From: Chiloscyllium plagiosum
Taxonomy: Eukaryota
NCBI RefSeq assembly: GCF_004010195.1
Contig: NC_057711.1
Span: forward strand, 81,076,714-81,140,713
Direction: 5' to 3'
DNA: 64,000 nt
Part shown: positions 1 to 13,188 of the stretch, in pieces
Layout: every line of letters starts with the position of its first letter
Numbering within the stretch: position 1 is the stretch's first letter
The notes under the pieces: generated by a model
Told to the model about the DNA's origin: nothing
Seen by the model: the letters and a program-made list of their open reading frames with translations, nothing else
Database searches by the model: none
Position numbers and translations under genes: made by a program

Positions 1-360
1 CCAGGCTGTGACAAGTGCTGTCCCTGAAGAATCAGTAAAATAGCATCAAATTTTCATGATAAAAATTGATAACTTAGATACCAGCTTGAAGATGGCATGA
101 ACTTAGGCTCAAAGTAGGTTGTGAGGAAAGGAGAAAAATGTAAAGGCACATTGACAAATTAAGTGTTAGTTTGAAATTAAGTGAATGAAGTTCAATGTGA
201 GAAGTGTGATGTTGTCCATCTTGGATCTGAGAAAGGCAAATGAATTTCTTTCTTAAAGCTGAGCGATTGGGTACAATGAGGCAAATGGAGTGTGGCATTC
301 AAATATATAAATGACTAAAAGCTAATGCATAAGCATAAGGATGGAATAAAAAAAGATGAA
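1..360 (+). mobile_element. Old decayed CR1-type LINE RT fragment
   Basis: Degenerate CR1 ORF2 motifs: 'gtgacaagtgctgtccctgaagaatcag' (VTSGVPQGS-like) and 'atgaagttcaatgtgagaagtgtgatg' (MKFNVxKCxV). Confidence 0.6.
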
Positions 361-481
361 TGATAAGGTTTCTTGGGTCTAACTCCACTGCCCTTATAAA
401 ATGCTTTGAATGTTATCCATTTAGTACATATAACATATATCACAAAAACTGAGTTCTTGTTGTCTTGAACTTTATGAATGA

Positions 482-629
482 GTTGAAACTTTATTGCTGG
501 AACAGCACAGCAGGTCAGGCAGCATCCAGGGAACAGGATCCTGTTCCCTGGATGCTGCCTGACCTGCTGTGCTGTTCCAGCAATAAAGTTTCAACTTTGA
601 TCTCCAGCATCTGCAGACCTCACTTTCTC
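482..629. mobile_element. Young Penelope-derived fold-back insertion containing a perfect 116-bp palindrome
   Basis: 481-538 is the exact reverse complement of 539-596. Direct repeat CTTTATGAATGA at 470-481 and 630-641 (TSD). The 'gatctccagcatctgcagacctcactttctcc' end matches the Penelope-like terminus at 20062. Confidence 0.85.
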
Positions 630-889
630 CTTTATGAATGACTTGACTTACATTTTGATTTTTCAGATTTATGCATAGTCTGACCTGTGTGCTTACTGGC
701 TATTACTGTTATATTACATGCACATAACTGACTGACTAAACCCAATATACTGACTCCATCACAATGAGTAGGGAGAGACTGAAAGTGATGATCTTTAGAT
801 CGGAATACCACTTGTCTAGATGTCACATCACTGTGTTGATGGTACATTGCCTGTCTTGTCTTGAATCTATAAAATAGTATACCATCCAA

Positions 890-3150
890 TGGAACCAAAA
901 GCAAAAGATTGTGAATGCATGAAATCTGAAAGAAAAACAGAATGTATTGGAGAAACTCAGCAGTGCTAGCACTATCTGTAGAGAGAAAAACAAAGTTAAT
1001 GTTTTAAAAGCAATATAATTTTTCTTTAGGAAAGTGAAAAAATGATTGTTTTTTTTACTGTAGATAAAGGTGAAGAGGAGCAAATGGGATACAACAGAAC
1101 AACAAGGGCAGGCTGGGGCTTAAGGGAGATTGGATATTATACATGTTACAGAACAAAATGCCAAAGGAGTGACTGTGCATGTAGAAAAATGAAATAGTTT
1201 CAGAGTAGGTGTTAATAGAAGAATATAGGTCAGCTGCACTGAAGATCAAGAAAACCAGACATTGGGGGAGGGTGGAAGATGGGGGAGAGAAAATGCAGGA
1301 CAGAGTTCATGATCCGGTGTTTTTGAACTTGAACTTTTTGTCCAGAACACAATCAAGTGCCTAAACCAAGAACAGAAAATGAGATGCCATTCCTCCATCT
1401 AGTGTTCAGCTTCATCAGCTTCATTGGAACACTGCAGCAGACCTAGTGCAGAAATGTTAGCATGAGAGTAAAATAGCATTTTAAAATAGTAAATGACCAT
1501 CTGCATTTGGCCATCCTCCTGCCTTGGAAACTGCATTATGAGCAGTAAATACCACAGATTGTAAGTATCGCAAGTAAATCACTGCTTCACCTGGAAGGAG
1601 AGTTTAAAATCTTGGACAGTGAGGAAGGAGGAGGTTAAAAAGGCAAGTGTTACAGATGTTGAGATTGCATATGATGTCATGGAATGTAGAAAAGGTGCTG
1701 GGGATGATAGAAAAGTGCATGATGGGGTCACAAACAGAACAGAATGCCAACTGGAGAGTAGAGGGGAAATGGTAGCATATGCTAGAGGTGATGGAACTAA
1801 TGGAAGCTGACCCTTTTCACTTGGAGGCTAGTGGGGTATAAAGTGAGGACAAGAGGAACCCTGTGGCAGTCTGGAAAATAAGGGAAAGGGTGAAGGCAGA
1901 GGTGTGAGAATTGGGTCAGACATAGTTATAAGCTGTATTCACTGTAGTGGGGGTAAGGGAATAAGGGTGGGGGAGTGGGCTGGGAGCAGTGTGTAGATTT
2001 GAGGAAAAGAGGGAAAAGGAAGCCATGTCAGAAGCACTGTTGAGGAAGCTAGCATCCTCAGAACAACAAAGATAGAGAAATAGGAGAATGGAATTGAGTC
2101 TTTACAGCAATCAGAGATGAGCAAGTATAGTTAACATAGCTGTTGGAATTGGTAGATTTGTAATGAAAATCATTGCACAGCCTATCCCTAGAAATGGAGA
2201 CAGAGAGGGGAAGGTAAGAGAAGAGTTAGATGTGGATCAGATGAAGGTGAGAGAAGATTTAAAACTGGAAGCAAAATTGACTAATCATTCCAGTCTGGAC
2301 AGGAGCAGGAAACAACACATAAAGTTATTGATGCATCTGAGAAAGAGTTGTGGGAGGGACCCTTTACAAGCTGAATCCTGACCTTCCAGTAACTCGCTAT
2401 TTTCATGCACCACCTTTTCCCTAAGCTCATCTCTCTACACTAGTTCTGCTACAGTGTTCCGTTGAAATTCAGGTGAGAGAAGATTTAAAACTGGAAGCAA
2501 AATTGACTAATCATTCCAGTCTGGATAGGAGCAGGAAACAACACATAAAGTTATTGATGCATCTGAGAAAGAGTTGTGGGAGGGATCCTTCACAAGCTGA
2601 ATCCTGACCTTCCAGTAACTCGCTGTTTCATGCACCACCTTTTCCCTAAGCTCATCTCTCTATACTAGCTCTGCTACAGTGTTCCGTTGAAATTCAATGC
2701 CATCCAGAGGGACAAAACCTCATTTTACACTGCAGGTCTTTACAAGTTTCTGGATTCAATATTGAGTTAGACAACATCAGACCACATCCTCCATTTTATT
2801 TACCCCATCTTCTGCTTCATATCATTCACTTTCCACTCCTTCATTTTGCTTTTCGTACAGCCGTACAGATGCTATTAACATCTAATCTGGATCTAACTCC
2901 CTTCTCTACAATCATTACCACAGCCTTTGCCTCATGATCATTGACCCTGTGATCTCTCACCCTCCTTGCTTTTTAGCTTGATCTTTTCTTTTGTACCACT
3001 TATTCCTCTCAACCATAAAAAAACCCATCACCTTCCCTCTTTTCTCTTGAGTTCTGAAGTAGTCATGTTGTACTTGAAATGGCCATCCTGTTTCTCTCTC
3101 TGCAGTTGCTATCAGGTCTGTTGAGTTTTTTCAGCACTTACTGTTCAGAC
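890..3150 (-). mobile_element. Decayed Penelope-like retroelement with inverted pseudo-LTR architecture
   Basis: Minus-strand GIY-YIG C-terminal remnant (xLEEQHLIFxLGTL..LN.EF-like, ~1300-1440). The same motif recurs on the plus strand (~2380-2780). The termini are inverted (~920-1000 vs ~3050-3150), with a degenerate ctgaag...gaaa hammerhead-like core near 3054. Confidence 0.65.
2245..2695. repeat. Tandem duplication of ~226 bp (2245-2470, 2471-2695)
   Basis: Two near-identical copies of aggtgagagaagatttaaaactgg...gttccgttgaaattc. Confidence 0.95.
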
Positions 3151-6100
3151 TAATGAAGTGTTCACATTTATCACAAGGGATTTGGAATTTATTCATGAGA
3201 AAGCATTTCTGCAACCTTACAGAGCCTTAATCAAAACTTTGGACCACTGTTTTCAATTTTTGGGCAGTGTGGACTCAATGGACCATATGGCCTGCTTCCA
3301 TACTGTAAGCATTCTATGATATAGAACAAAAGGGGATAAATGGAGTTGAGCTATAAGTGAACCACAATCTAATTGAATATTAGGACAGATTTGAGGGAAT
3401 GAATGGACAATTTCTGTTCCTAAGTCTTATTCAAATTTATTCAATCTTGTCAATTCTGGAAATGACCTGTGAAACTGTGAAACTTGCCATTATGAGGATT
3501 ATTTTGACTTGGGCAGCTAGCTTTCTTGATTTGTGTCATTTTCAATATATTACTTGACATAGATGAGTCCAAACTGCATAAAGGAATAAGCCTTAAAAAA
3601 TGATTAAACACTAATGTGAAGTCTAGGATTTTGGTAGGCAATTGCCAAAGGATTGAACTGAGTGTCACCCCAAATTTCATGTTTAATCATCATCATCTAT
3701 TGGAGTGTTCAAATGTACTGTCTTTGGTGAGATTATAAAGTTTGCAACTAGCATGGGGCTTCTTAAAGTGCCATCAGTCAAGTATAATCTCTTACGATCC
3801 TACCATCATTTTGAAACACTATAGTTTATTATTTCAAAAGTTAAAAATGTTTTTGCACTTTGTTAGCCCAATCTTACAAATAAGGCATTACTTTCTTGCC
3901 AAAGCACAATTATGGCAAACATTAGTTTCTACCAAGTGAGTCTAATTCAGACTCAAGGTTAGAAACCACTATTGGTCACATTTGAGGACAAAACGTCAAT
4001 TGAACTCTTCTAGTGTTCTTTTTTTTAATATAAAAGGTGTTAACAATTCCATTACAACAGTGCAGAAAGAAATATTATGACAGTGTGTTAAACATTTTGC
4101 ATCACTTATATCACCAACATTTCATTTTAATGCTAATATCCATGTTTTCTCTATGTATTATTAACAAATATTTTCAAAATAAAATATACTTGAGAAGTAT
4201 TTTTGTTAATTTTGTATGAACAATGGCAGATAACCACTCCCAAGTATTGTACATTCATGAGGAAAATGATATAACTGAAGCAAAAGTGCTCAGCCCATTG
4301 AAATTTATTGGTAGGAACTTTTTGATATAAGAGAAATATATCAGGAAATGACTGGATAGTGACAGCATGCTTGTTCAGACAGTGCTAATTGGTTCTAACA
4401 GAGACAAATTCATTTTGTTTGAAGTTGAAAATAACTATGATACATCCCTTTTCTCATACTATAGCAGCTACATTTTGTGCTGAGAACACCACAGCTTTAG
4501 TTTCTTGATTTATATTCACATACACTCTAATGATTTGCCAGTTTCAATGATAAATATGAGGCTCTGTAACAAGGTGACAGAATATTACATGAGACAGTCA
4601 TTTCAAGTCATCCAAATCTGGATATGTTAATTTTCTACATTTCTATAAAAGAAATAATCTATCCTTAGCATTCAGGCACATATTTCATTTTTTCTTTTTA
4701 TCTTGTTACCTAAGCTCTATTATCTCCCCCGTCCTCATCAATGCCTTTGCCAAGGAGCATGATCACAATCTCCTATTGATAAAGTAGGTTACCTCTGGGC
4801 TAGCTCATCATTGTATATGAATAAAACTTATGAAATGTAACAGCTTTCTTTTAAAAATGCATTCAGGATCTCAATCAGGCTGACATTCAGCTGTGCACTA
4901 AGGAGTCCTGAGGGGAAAAAAGGAAGTCATCTAAAAATAATGAATCTGTTCCAGCATGCAAAGCACTCATGCAAGTCACAGAGATCTGTTCACTGAAGCC
5001 AGCTCTGTTTTCATACTGATCATTTAGCGATTGCTGAGAGCAAATTACTTTGACAAGGCTGTTCCCATTGTAAAATTGAAGAGTTTGGCCAAGAGCTCTT
5101 GGACTGTTAATAACTGACTGAAAGCAGGCGATGAATAATTGACGGTTATTTCCTGCCTCCTTTTTTTCTTATTCACGCTTTCTAATACAGTTTTTGATAT
5201 CAAAATAATTTCACTTTTGTAAAGCCTTCTCGACCTCTGGCCAATGCACTCATTTGTTTCAGCTGGTCATGTGGTCGACTTAAGGTCACAGTGATCTCAG
5301 ACTCACACTTTCTTGAGGATTATCACAAATGACACAAATGGAATTAAGCAGAATTTTATGAAATCTGAGAGATAATACAAGCAATGAAGGCAAGCTGCCC
5401 TCTATATGCACATGTTTATTTTATTCTTCTTTTGAATAGATATATAGCTAGTGTTTCTAATGAATCTGCTAAGGGCTACAAGAATAGCATGATTTATAGT
5501 GCCTTGGCTCACTCTATCACAGCATTTCATTAGATGAATGGGAAGCTGGTAGTAATGAGGTTAGCGATGAGAAAACATCCATCAACTGCTGCTACATCTT
5601 CTAGGGAAAGACAACACACTATCTCATGTGTCATAGACAGTGATCTAGGTCACAGTGATATAAAAACTATGATTAAAACCAAACACTTGACGTTAGATGA
5701 TAAGTGTCTACTCCTTGCTTGAAAAATAGCCAGAGTTTGTTCCTTTAATTAAACCAGATGCTCCAACACATATTACTCTGCTAAATAAACTGGTTCACTT
5801 ATTACAGTTTAATAACAGTGTAAAATATGGTCACCTTTAAGAGCTTAATTCAGACGCAGATCATTGGTCCCATACACTCAGCAATGTCCAGTTCAGCATC
5901 CTTGACCACAGTATACACTGAACTTTTCCCTAAAACACATCACATTGGTAGACCCTTCATCACTCTTATTATCAGTGCATGATCTGTGGAGTATTAAGAT
6001 GGAATGTGGCATGCAATACAAACCTGTGGTGAGTTCAATTGCAAACTTCTGCTTTAAATGCATGCACACATAACATGTGTCTGTAATACGTATGCATCTG

Positions 6101-6887
6101 GAAACCAGTGTTGCATAGCTCTGATAGTCTCTTAGTTTAGCTAGTGGTCATAAGAAACATCCTTTAAGATAACTTCAGGTATCTTTTTTAAAATACATCG
6201 ACTGCTAGTGGGCCTATTGTACTCTGGCTCTGATTTGTCTACTTTCATAAACTATAAATAATGCAGGAGTTATGTTCTAGTCTCAGGGAACTGTCTATGA
6301 CTTGATTGGGCCAGTGAAGATTACAGTGAAGATTTAGCGGGAAGATCCAGGACTTTATGGGAGGCTGAGCAGAGGCTGATTGAGGCAATCTGAAACATTT
6401 GGCTTGTGGAGGTGGGGTGAGAAGGTGGGGTATTTGGGAAGTGATTGGAAGTCTGAATGGGTGATTGTGTGTCTGCTTGGAGATAAAAGGACTTGCAGGT
6501 ACAGGATTCAGAGACCTTGGGATTGATTTGGTGGGTGGAGGTATCAGTGACCCTTGAGGTTGCTTGGAAGTAGAAGTCCGAGGTTCGGCATTTCTTTCTT
6601 GGTAGGAGGGGACTGCTGCGGCGGAGGCCTCAGAAGGAATGTGGGGATGTCTAGAATACGGTGGGGTTGCTCAGACAGGATGGGCTAGATTATTGAAAAT
6701 TTAGGTTTGCAGGAATGAACTTGCTGATCAGCAACTTCCTCACAAGGACATAATTAGGGTTTCTCCAAGACTTGGGAAATCCAACTTGTTAGAGTTAAAT
6801 TCAGATAACAATATGATTTGCAGCTTTGTTAATTAAAGTACTAACCAGCCTCTTTGATCAGATTAGTCACTCAACCAACACCTTAAC

Positions 6888-7101
6888 AAAAATGACAACG
6901 AACTGCAGATGCTGTTAATCAAAAACAGAAGCAGAAATTGCTGGAAAGGATCAACAGGTCAGGTAGTATCTGTGCAGAGACAGCAGAGTTAATGGCTTGG
7001 TTCTGCAGAATGGTCACTGGACCTGAAACATTAAACAATTTCTCTCCATAGATGCTGCCAGACCTGCTGAGTTATTCCAGAAATAAAATTTCCGATTTTA
7101 T
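6888..7101. mobile_element. Penelope-derived fold-back (pseudo-LTR) element, old
   Basis: Inverted arms (aacaggtcaggtagtatctgtgcagaga / tctctccatagatgctgccagacctg) surround a degenerate ctgcagaa...gaaacatt core. Degenerate flanking repeat tcaacca. Confidence 0.6.
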
Positions 7102-7498
7102 TTCAACCATCATCTCACCTCAATTAATGCTAGAAGTGCCAGTTTTGAGGCAGACTTGAGTTGGGAAGTTGTTTTGTAAGACTTTGATCCAAGCCTGACC
7201 CAAACCCATCAGTTTTCAGAATTAAAATTCCCACCTCTTTATTGGGGGCCTCATATGATTTTTTTAACCATCTTCTGACTCCTGATAAAACTTTTGTTAT
7301 TAATACTACAATTTGTGCACCATTTCCTTTGCCTCAGATCTCTAACTACTTGAATAACTTGTTTTTCTCTCTCTGTATCACTACTGATAACTGGCCATAT
7401 TCTCCCTCAAGTTAAATTACTTCCTTAATCTTGCAAAATAAATTCTGTTTCAAAGTAACTTCCTTGTTCCCTTTATTAATTAGCATTAATGTTTTTAA

Positions 7499-7777
7499 TT
7501 AGATTAGATAACCTACAGTGTGGAAACAGGCTTTTCGGCCCAACACATCCACACCAACCGTTCGAAGAGTAACCCGCCCAGACCCATTCCCCAACCCTGA
7601 CTAATACTATGGGGCAATTTAGCATGGCCAATTCACCTGGCCTGCACATCTTTGGATTGTGGGAAGAAACCGGTGTACCCGGGAGAACGTGCAAACTCCA
7701 CACAGACAGTCACCTGAGCCGGGCATTGAACCCAGGTCCCTGGTGCTGTGAGGCAACAGTGCTAACCACTGAGCCAC
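7499..7777 (-). mobile_element. HE1-type tRNA-derived SINE
   Basis: Reverse complement of the head gtggctcagtggttagcactgttgcctcacagc and B-box ggttcaatgcc; (ttaga)n tail; homologous to 45783-46109. Confidence 0.9.
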
Positions 7778-8880
7778 TGGGATATTTTGTTTTAGAATGA
7801 AAGTTTTAATCTTGCAGGTTTTAAGGAGATTATTCGGAGAGTATTCGGAGAGATGTTGTTAGACTGTGTGAATTGCAAGGTAGAAACAAAGCAGTCAGTA
7901 GTTTCAAAAGGAAATTATGTTCCCTTAAAAATGAAATATGTCTGATATAGAATTACATAGTCTTGATTATACCAGGCCTTTCATAGAGATAGACAGCAAT
8001 GAATAAAACAATAGGAGTAAATGAGTGACTATCCAGTTCTCACTGCTCATGATATTATTTTCAGATATCTAGGCTGGAATGGAACATTTCTGGAAATTTA
8101 TCCACAATTTCATAATATACACTCTTGGCAAACAAGGCTCCCCTCTGAGAATATGATTGCATAAAATCATCCCTTTGATGCACTCATATGACAGTTCTCA
8201 GTCTGTTAGTTTAATAGATGTATTAGCTCATTTAAAATTTAAATTTAAATTAACATTTAAATGTAAAATAACTGAGCTAATGCCTGAGTTAAAATATCAG
8301 AGGAATGTCTTACGAATGTGTTAAGTATTCGTCCATTGATATCACTGACAGTAATATCTAAGCTATAGAGATTACAGAAGTGTGTCTCACTTCAGAAACT
8401 GTGAATTAATTCAAATTACCTCAATATAAGATATTCTGGAGAAATAAAACAGACAGACAAGGAGGAATGATAATTTTATACATTCTAAAAAGTCCATGAA
8501 TTAAGGAAGATGAACTGATGCCTCAAGGGCAGACAGAAACTGAAGCAGTGCATCTTGAGTTTACAAGTAGATAGCATATAGGATTAATAGTAGTCTGGCA
8601 CCCTCTGGGCAGGGTAAGCTTGATACACCTCATTATATGTTGAGAGACAATATCAACAAAAGGTAACAATGGCAGACTGCAATAAAGGCAATCTAAAATG
8701 AGAACTTCTCAACAGAATTTATATAACAGAATCAAATGAATAATACAATGTGTGGTTGTACTATCAAAGGGGGATTTTAATACTGCTGTAAATCACTGAT
8801 TAGGATTAGGAACATAGCCTTCTAGACTGATTATGTGGAAATGATACTGAATGTCCATGGATTAGTCCATTTATATGTGT

Positions 8881-9665
8881 CTGAATGTAGGTTTGCTTGC
8901 TGAGCTGAATGGTTCATTTCCAGATGTTTCATCACCCTACTAGGTAACATTTTCAGTGTTCCTCCGGGCGAAGCACTGCTGCTGATTCCTGCTTTCTACT
9001 TATATGTTTGGGTTTCTTTGGGTTGGTGATGTCATTTTCTGTGGTGATGTCATTTCTTATGGTGATGTCATTTCCTGTTCTTTTTCACAGGGGGTGGTAG
9101 ATGGAGTCTAACTCAATGTGTTTGTCGATAGAGTTCCAGTTGGAATGCTATGCATCTAGGAATTCTCATGCATGGCTTTGTTCGGTTTGTCCTAGGATGG
9201 ATGTGTTGTCACAGTCAAACTGGTGTCTTTCCTTGTCTGTATGTAAGGATGACATGACCCTCTCTCACCAGTATCCTTACATACAGACAAGGAAGGATAC
9301 CATTTCGACTGTGACAACACATCCATCTTCGGACAAGTCAAACAGAGACATGGATGAGAATTCCTAGAAGCATAGCATTCCAACCGGAACTCCATCAACA
9401 AACACATCGAGTTAGATCCCATCTACCACACCCTGAGAAAAAGAACAGGAAATGACATAGCCACAGGAAATGACATCACAAACCCAAAGAAACCCAAACA
9501 TATACATGGAAAGCAGGAATCAGCAGCAGTGCTTCGCCTGGAGGCCCACTGAAGATGTTACCTAGTAGGGTGATGAAACATCTGGAAATGAACCATCAAG
9601 CTCAGCGAGCAAGCCTACATCCAGAACCTCAACCTGAGCTACAAATCTTCTCATAACTCACTAAG
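8881..9665. mobile_element. Penelope-like element, ~370-bp inverted arms, GIY-YIG C-terminus plus pseudo-LTR
   Basis: 8884-9250 is inverted relative to 9273-9620. The plus arm translates to HTDKEGYHFDCDNTSIFGQVKQRHG*EFLEA*HSNRNSINKHIELDPIY. TSD atttatatgtgt (8869-8880) / atttgtatgtgt (9666-9677). Confidence 0.85.
9547..9584 (+). ncRNA. Minimal hammerhead ribozyme motif (degenerate) in a Penelope pseudo-LTR
   Basis: CTGAAGA (9549-9555), stem II gttacc-tagta-gggtga, GAAAC (9575-9579). The cleavage triplet reads ATC where GTC is more typical. Confidence 0.6.
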
Positions 9666-9881
9666 ATTTGTATGTGTAGCTATAAGTGTATGTATATGTT
9701 CTTTAGAAAACAGGATGCAGACTGAAGGCAGAAGTGAACACCTTCATGTTTGCTGGTGGAGCATTTGTTGGAGAGAGGAGAAGGAAAAAAACATTTGCAA
9801 CACAGTTATGATTTGAATGCACAAGTGGAAGTAATTTTCTTGCAATTAAAGCCAACATACCATTTGTCCTCTTAATCGCTA

Positions 9882-10104
9882 TGTAGTGATGTCAGCCAGC
9901 TGGACCGCATGGAATATGAGTTCCCTGATTGGGGCTGTTAATCTGGTCAGATCAGGGAACCCGGGCTGACAGATATAAATAGGAGTCAGAGGTTCTTGCA
10001 CTCTGAAAGCTGACTCTGAAGAGGCAGTTCTGGAGTCAAGAACTTTCATGTGTAAATAACAAGTAACCTGATGATGGGATACCAGCCTCTGTGGAGTTAT
10101 TTTA
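9882..10104 (+). mobile_element. Probable solo LTR (Gypsy-like)
   Basis: Starts TGTAGT and ends ...gagttattt(t)a. Contains a reverse CCAAT (gattgg), TATAAATA and an aataa-like signal. About 220 bp long; TSD not clean. Confidence 0.45.
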
Positions 10105-10169
10105 AGTTATTTCTGCATACAATTACTAAAACCAAGAGTGTTGAAGGAAGTAGCTATAGAGACAATGGA

Positions 10170-10465
10170 TGCCTTGATGTTTTTCTTCAAAATTATAGAG
10201 ATTCCAGAAAAATTCCAGCAGATTGGAAAGTGGTAAATATAATGCCAGTATTCAACAAGAGAGAAAGAATGGAGAGCTGTTAATATAACATAATTAGTAG
10301 GGGAATGTTAGAACACTTCATAAAGCATGTGATACGTTAGAAAATAATGGTAAAATGGGGAAATATCAGTTTGGATAATGAAAGTGAAATTATATTTGAC
10401 AAACCTGTTGATTTTGCTTTAACTTGTCAACTCTTGCACAGATAAAGGAGAATCAGTGAATCTGA
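10170..10465 (+). mobile_element. CR1 LINE ORF2 fragment
   Basis: ORF 10071-10283 ends in IPADWKVVNIMPVFNK, a CR1 pre-RT motif; followed by a CLTNL-like 'atttgacaaacctgttga'. Confidence 0.7.
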
Positions 10466-10559
10466 CAATCATTGCATCATCTTCTCCATTTCTGATGTTT
10501 CCAGAATGACTTTGCATCACCAAACATGGCACCTTTTAGATGCAGTGCTCCTCAAGCTG

Positions 10560-10935
10560 CACAGTGGGCTTTTAAATATAGTGTGGGTGCCAGGAAGGCT
10601 GGTCTTTTGGCAGATATCCACTGAATGGTGAGTTGTTCTGGGAATGGCATGTGGTAATGGTGCGGCTAAAATCAGACGAGAGTGATACCATACAGGTGGG
10701 GTAGGTAGTTAATGAGGCAAGTTTGCTCATAAATGGTGAGAAAGCTGCTAGGCCTCGCTGAGAAAAGCCCTCCAAAAAGCTCAATGCAATTGACACTTTG
10801 CCAAAACATCCCTAAGATTTAGCCTTATAAGTTCAAAGACCAGTCAGAAAAGGGAGGTTGGAGATGGGGACAGTTGGAGAGTCAGCTGTGCCGAGGATCT
10901 CTTGAGGTGAGGATTGGTGTCAGCCAATTTAAAGA
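10560..10935 (-). mobile_element. L2-like LINE RT fragment
   Basis: Reverse complement of gaaaagggaggttggagatggggacagtt gives an NxRPISNLPF-like motif. Confidence 0.55.
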
Positions 10936-10949
10936 ACAGAAAGAACAAA

Positions 10950-11197
10950 GGGATCAGAAAAGGGAGCATTAGTGCATTCATTGATAAACTCGTTATCTGT
11001 TCATTCTGCCATATAATTAAACAGTTTCTCATCAATAGAATGAAGCAGAAAGATAGTTCATGAACAGAAAGAACTATTATAAAAGTAACGGTGAATGCAG
11101 GGACCAGAAAAGGAAGTCATATTAATGCATTCATTGATAAACTAGTTATCTATTCATTCTGCCATATAATTAAACAGTTTCCCATCAATAGAATGAA
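10950..11197. repeat. Local direct duplication of ~95 bp (10950-11045 and 11100-11197)
   Basis: Two copies of tgcattcattgataaact.gttatct.ttcattctgccatataattaaacagtttc.catcaatagaatgaa. Confidence 0.9.
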
Positions 11198-12550
11198 ACA
11201 TTTCACCCTCTGCACTATTTCCAGTATGTCTAACATAAGCAAAAGTACAATTCCCAGTCTCTGTCCCCTGTCTGTATCAGGTGTCCTGTAGTCTTGAATA
11301 AAGTTCCTGTAAAAATTTGCAATGACTAGAATAATGCACAAGCATTAAGAATTTTCAAGATAATTATAGAAACTACTGAACCACATAACACAATAGGACA
11401 TATTCAATTCTTATTAATAATGCAAAACATGTGATTGCGTATGATTGCCTAGACTTTAACTTGCCATGAGGAACAAATCGATTCAATACCCCTACCCAAA
11501 AAAAATCTATGTTAAACTCTAGTATTTATTATCTAAATGCTATGGTCACAGTTAGATACAGTGTAAGTCTTTCATATGTAAAATGCATTGATTAAATGAA
11601 TTTCTATTACATTAATTTTCTTATAATTATCTCACATCACCTAAGTAATTATTTCATGTATTTGTGAGATGAAAACATTGAAACATATTGCTTGACCTTT
11701 GATCATATGAAGCCTGTTACTCTTGTTATATTTAATCATATATTATATTCTATACAAGGAGTTAGTGTCTATAAATATAGACTTCCAGCAGAGTTTTGTG
11801 CAACACAAGTGAAATGTCAGTTTTCAAGTATGGAAATCAATCTGTAGCTCATCATTCCGAAGGCAAAAATCATCAACAGGAAATACAGGACATTCATGGC
11901 TAACAAGGGCATTTGAAGAAATTATGCAATCAAAGTAGAAGCTTATAAAGTTGCTAAACAAGTTCTAACTTGAGGATTGGGGGAATTTTTTAATTCAGCA
12001 AAGGAAAACAAAAAAATTGTTAAAGAAAGAGAAAATAGAATTTGAATATAAAATAGCCAGACTCATAGAGATGTAATGCAAGAGTATCTCTCATAAAATA
12101 AAAAAGATAGCAAAAATAAATATGGGTCCAATACAAGCAAAAAGAGGAGCATGTGTAATAGGAATGGAGAAATGACAGAGAAACTAAATAAGCAATAAAA
12201 ACAGAAATGGATGACAAACTCAACAGGTCTGACAGCATCTGTGGAGGGAGAAATGGAGTTAACATTTTGAAATCAACGTAACTCTTTTTTCTTGTCCCTG
12301 CAGGTTGGAAAATTGCAATTGTCACTATTGTTGAACAGAGAAGGTAGAAAGAGAAACCAAGGTTTGACAAACCTGTTAACCAGCAAAAAATAGTAGGGAA
12401 AACCACTGGAACCTATTATTAAGGAGGAAAATACCAGATCATTAGAAAGTAATGATCTGATTGGACAGACTCAACATGGATTTATGAAACATGAAGTGAA
12501 AATCATGTTTGACAAACTTGAGTTTTTAATAACATCATCAGTAAATTTGA

Positions 12551-12563
12551 TGTGTGTGTGTGT

Positions 12564-12598
<35 letters not shown>
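12551..12598. repeat. (TG)n followed by a 35-nt poly-G run
   Basis: Directly visible; G run 12564-12598. Confidence 0.9.
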
Positions 12599-12599
<1 letters not shown>

Positions 12600-13188
12600 G
12601 TCAGTAGATGTGGTAAATCTGAATTTTCAAAAAATCTTTGACAAAGCACCCCAACAAAATTAAAGCACATGGAATTAGTGGTAAAATACTAGCAGTCATT
12701 GAGGATTGGTTGACAAGCAGAGTCTTTCTCGGGTTGGCAGATTGTGAGTGCTAGGTACTGTAAGGATCTATGCTCATACTTCAGCTGTTCACAATGTGTA
12801 TCAATGACTTAGATGTGGGAACATATTGTAACACTTCCAAATTTGCAAATGATGCAAAACTGGGTGGGAATGTGAAATGTGAGGAGGATGCAAAGAGACT
12901 TCAAAGCATCTATAAATTCAGAATTAATAGACAAAGAGACTTCAGGGGATCTATACATGCTGAATGAGTAGGCAAGCGACTTCAGGGGATCTCTTCATGG
13001 TGAATGAGTAGGCAAGAGCATGATTGATGGAATATAATGTACAGAAACGTGAAATTATTCCCTTTGGTAGATGGGCAGAATGTTTCTTAAATGGTGAGAG
13101 ATTGAAAACTGTTGATATCCAAATGTACCTTGGTGTGCTTGTTCACGAGTCATTAAAAGCACGAATGCAAATGCAGAAAGTAATTAGA

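Noticed and set aside
12938..13016. 40-bp tandem duplication within CR1
   Set aside because: Real but an ordinary slippage event.
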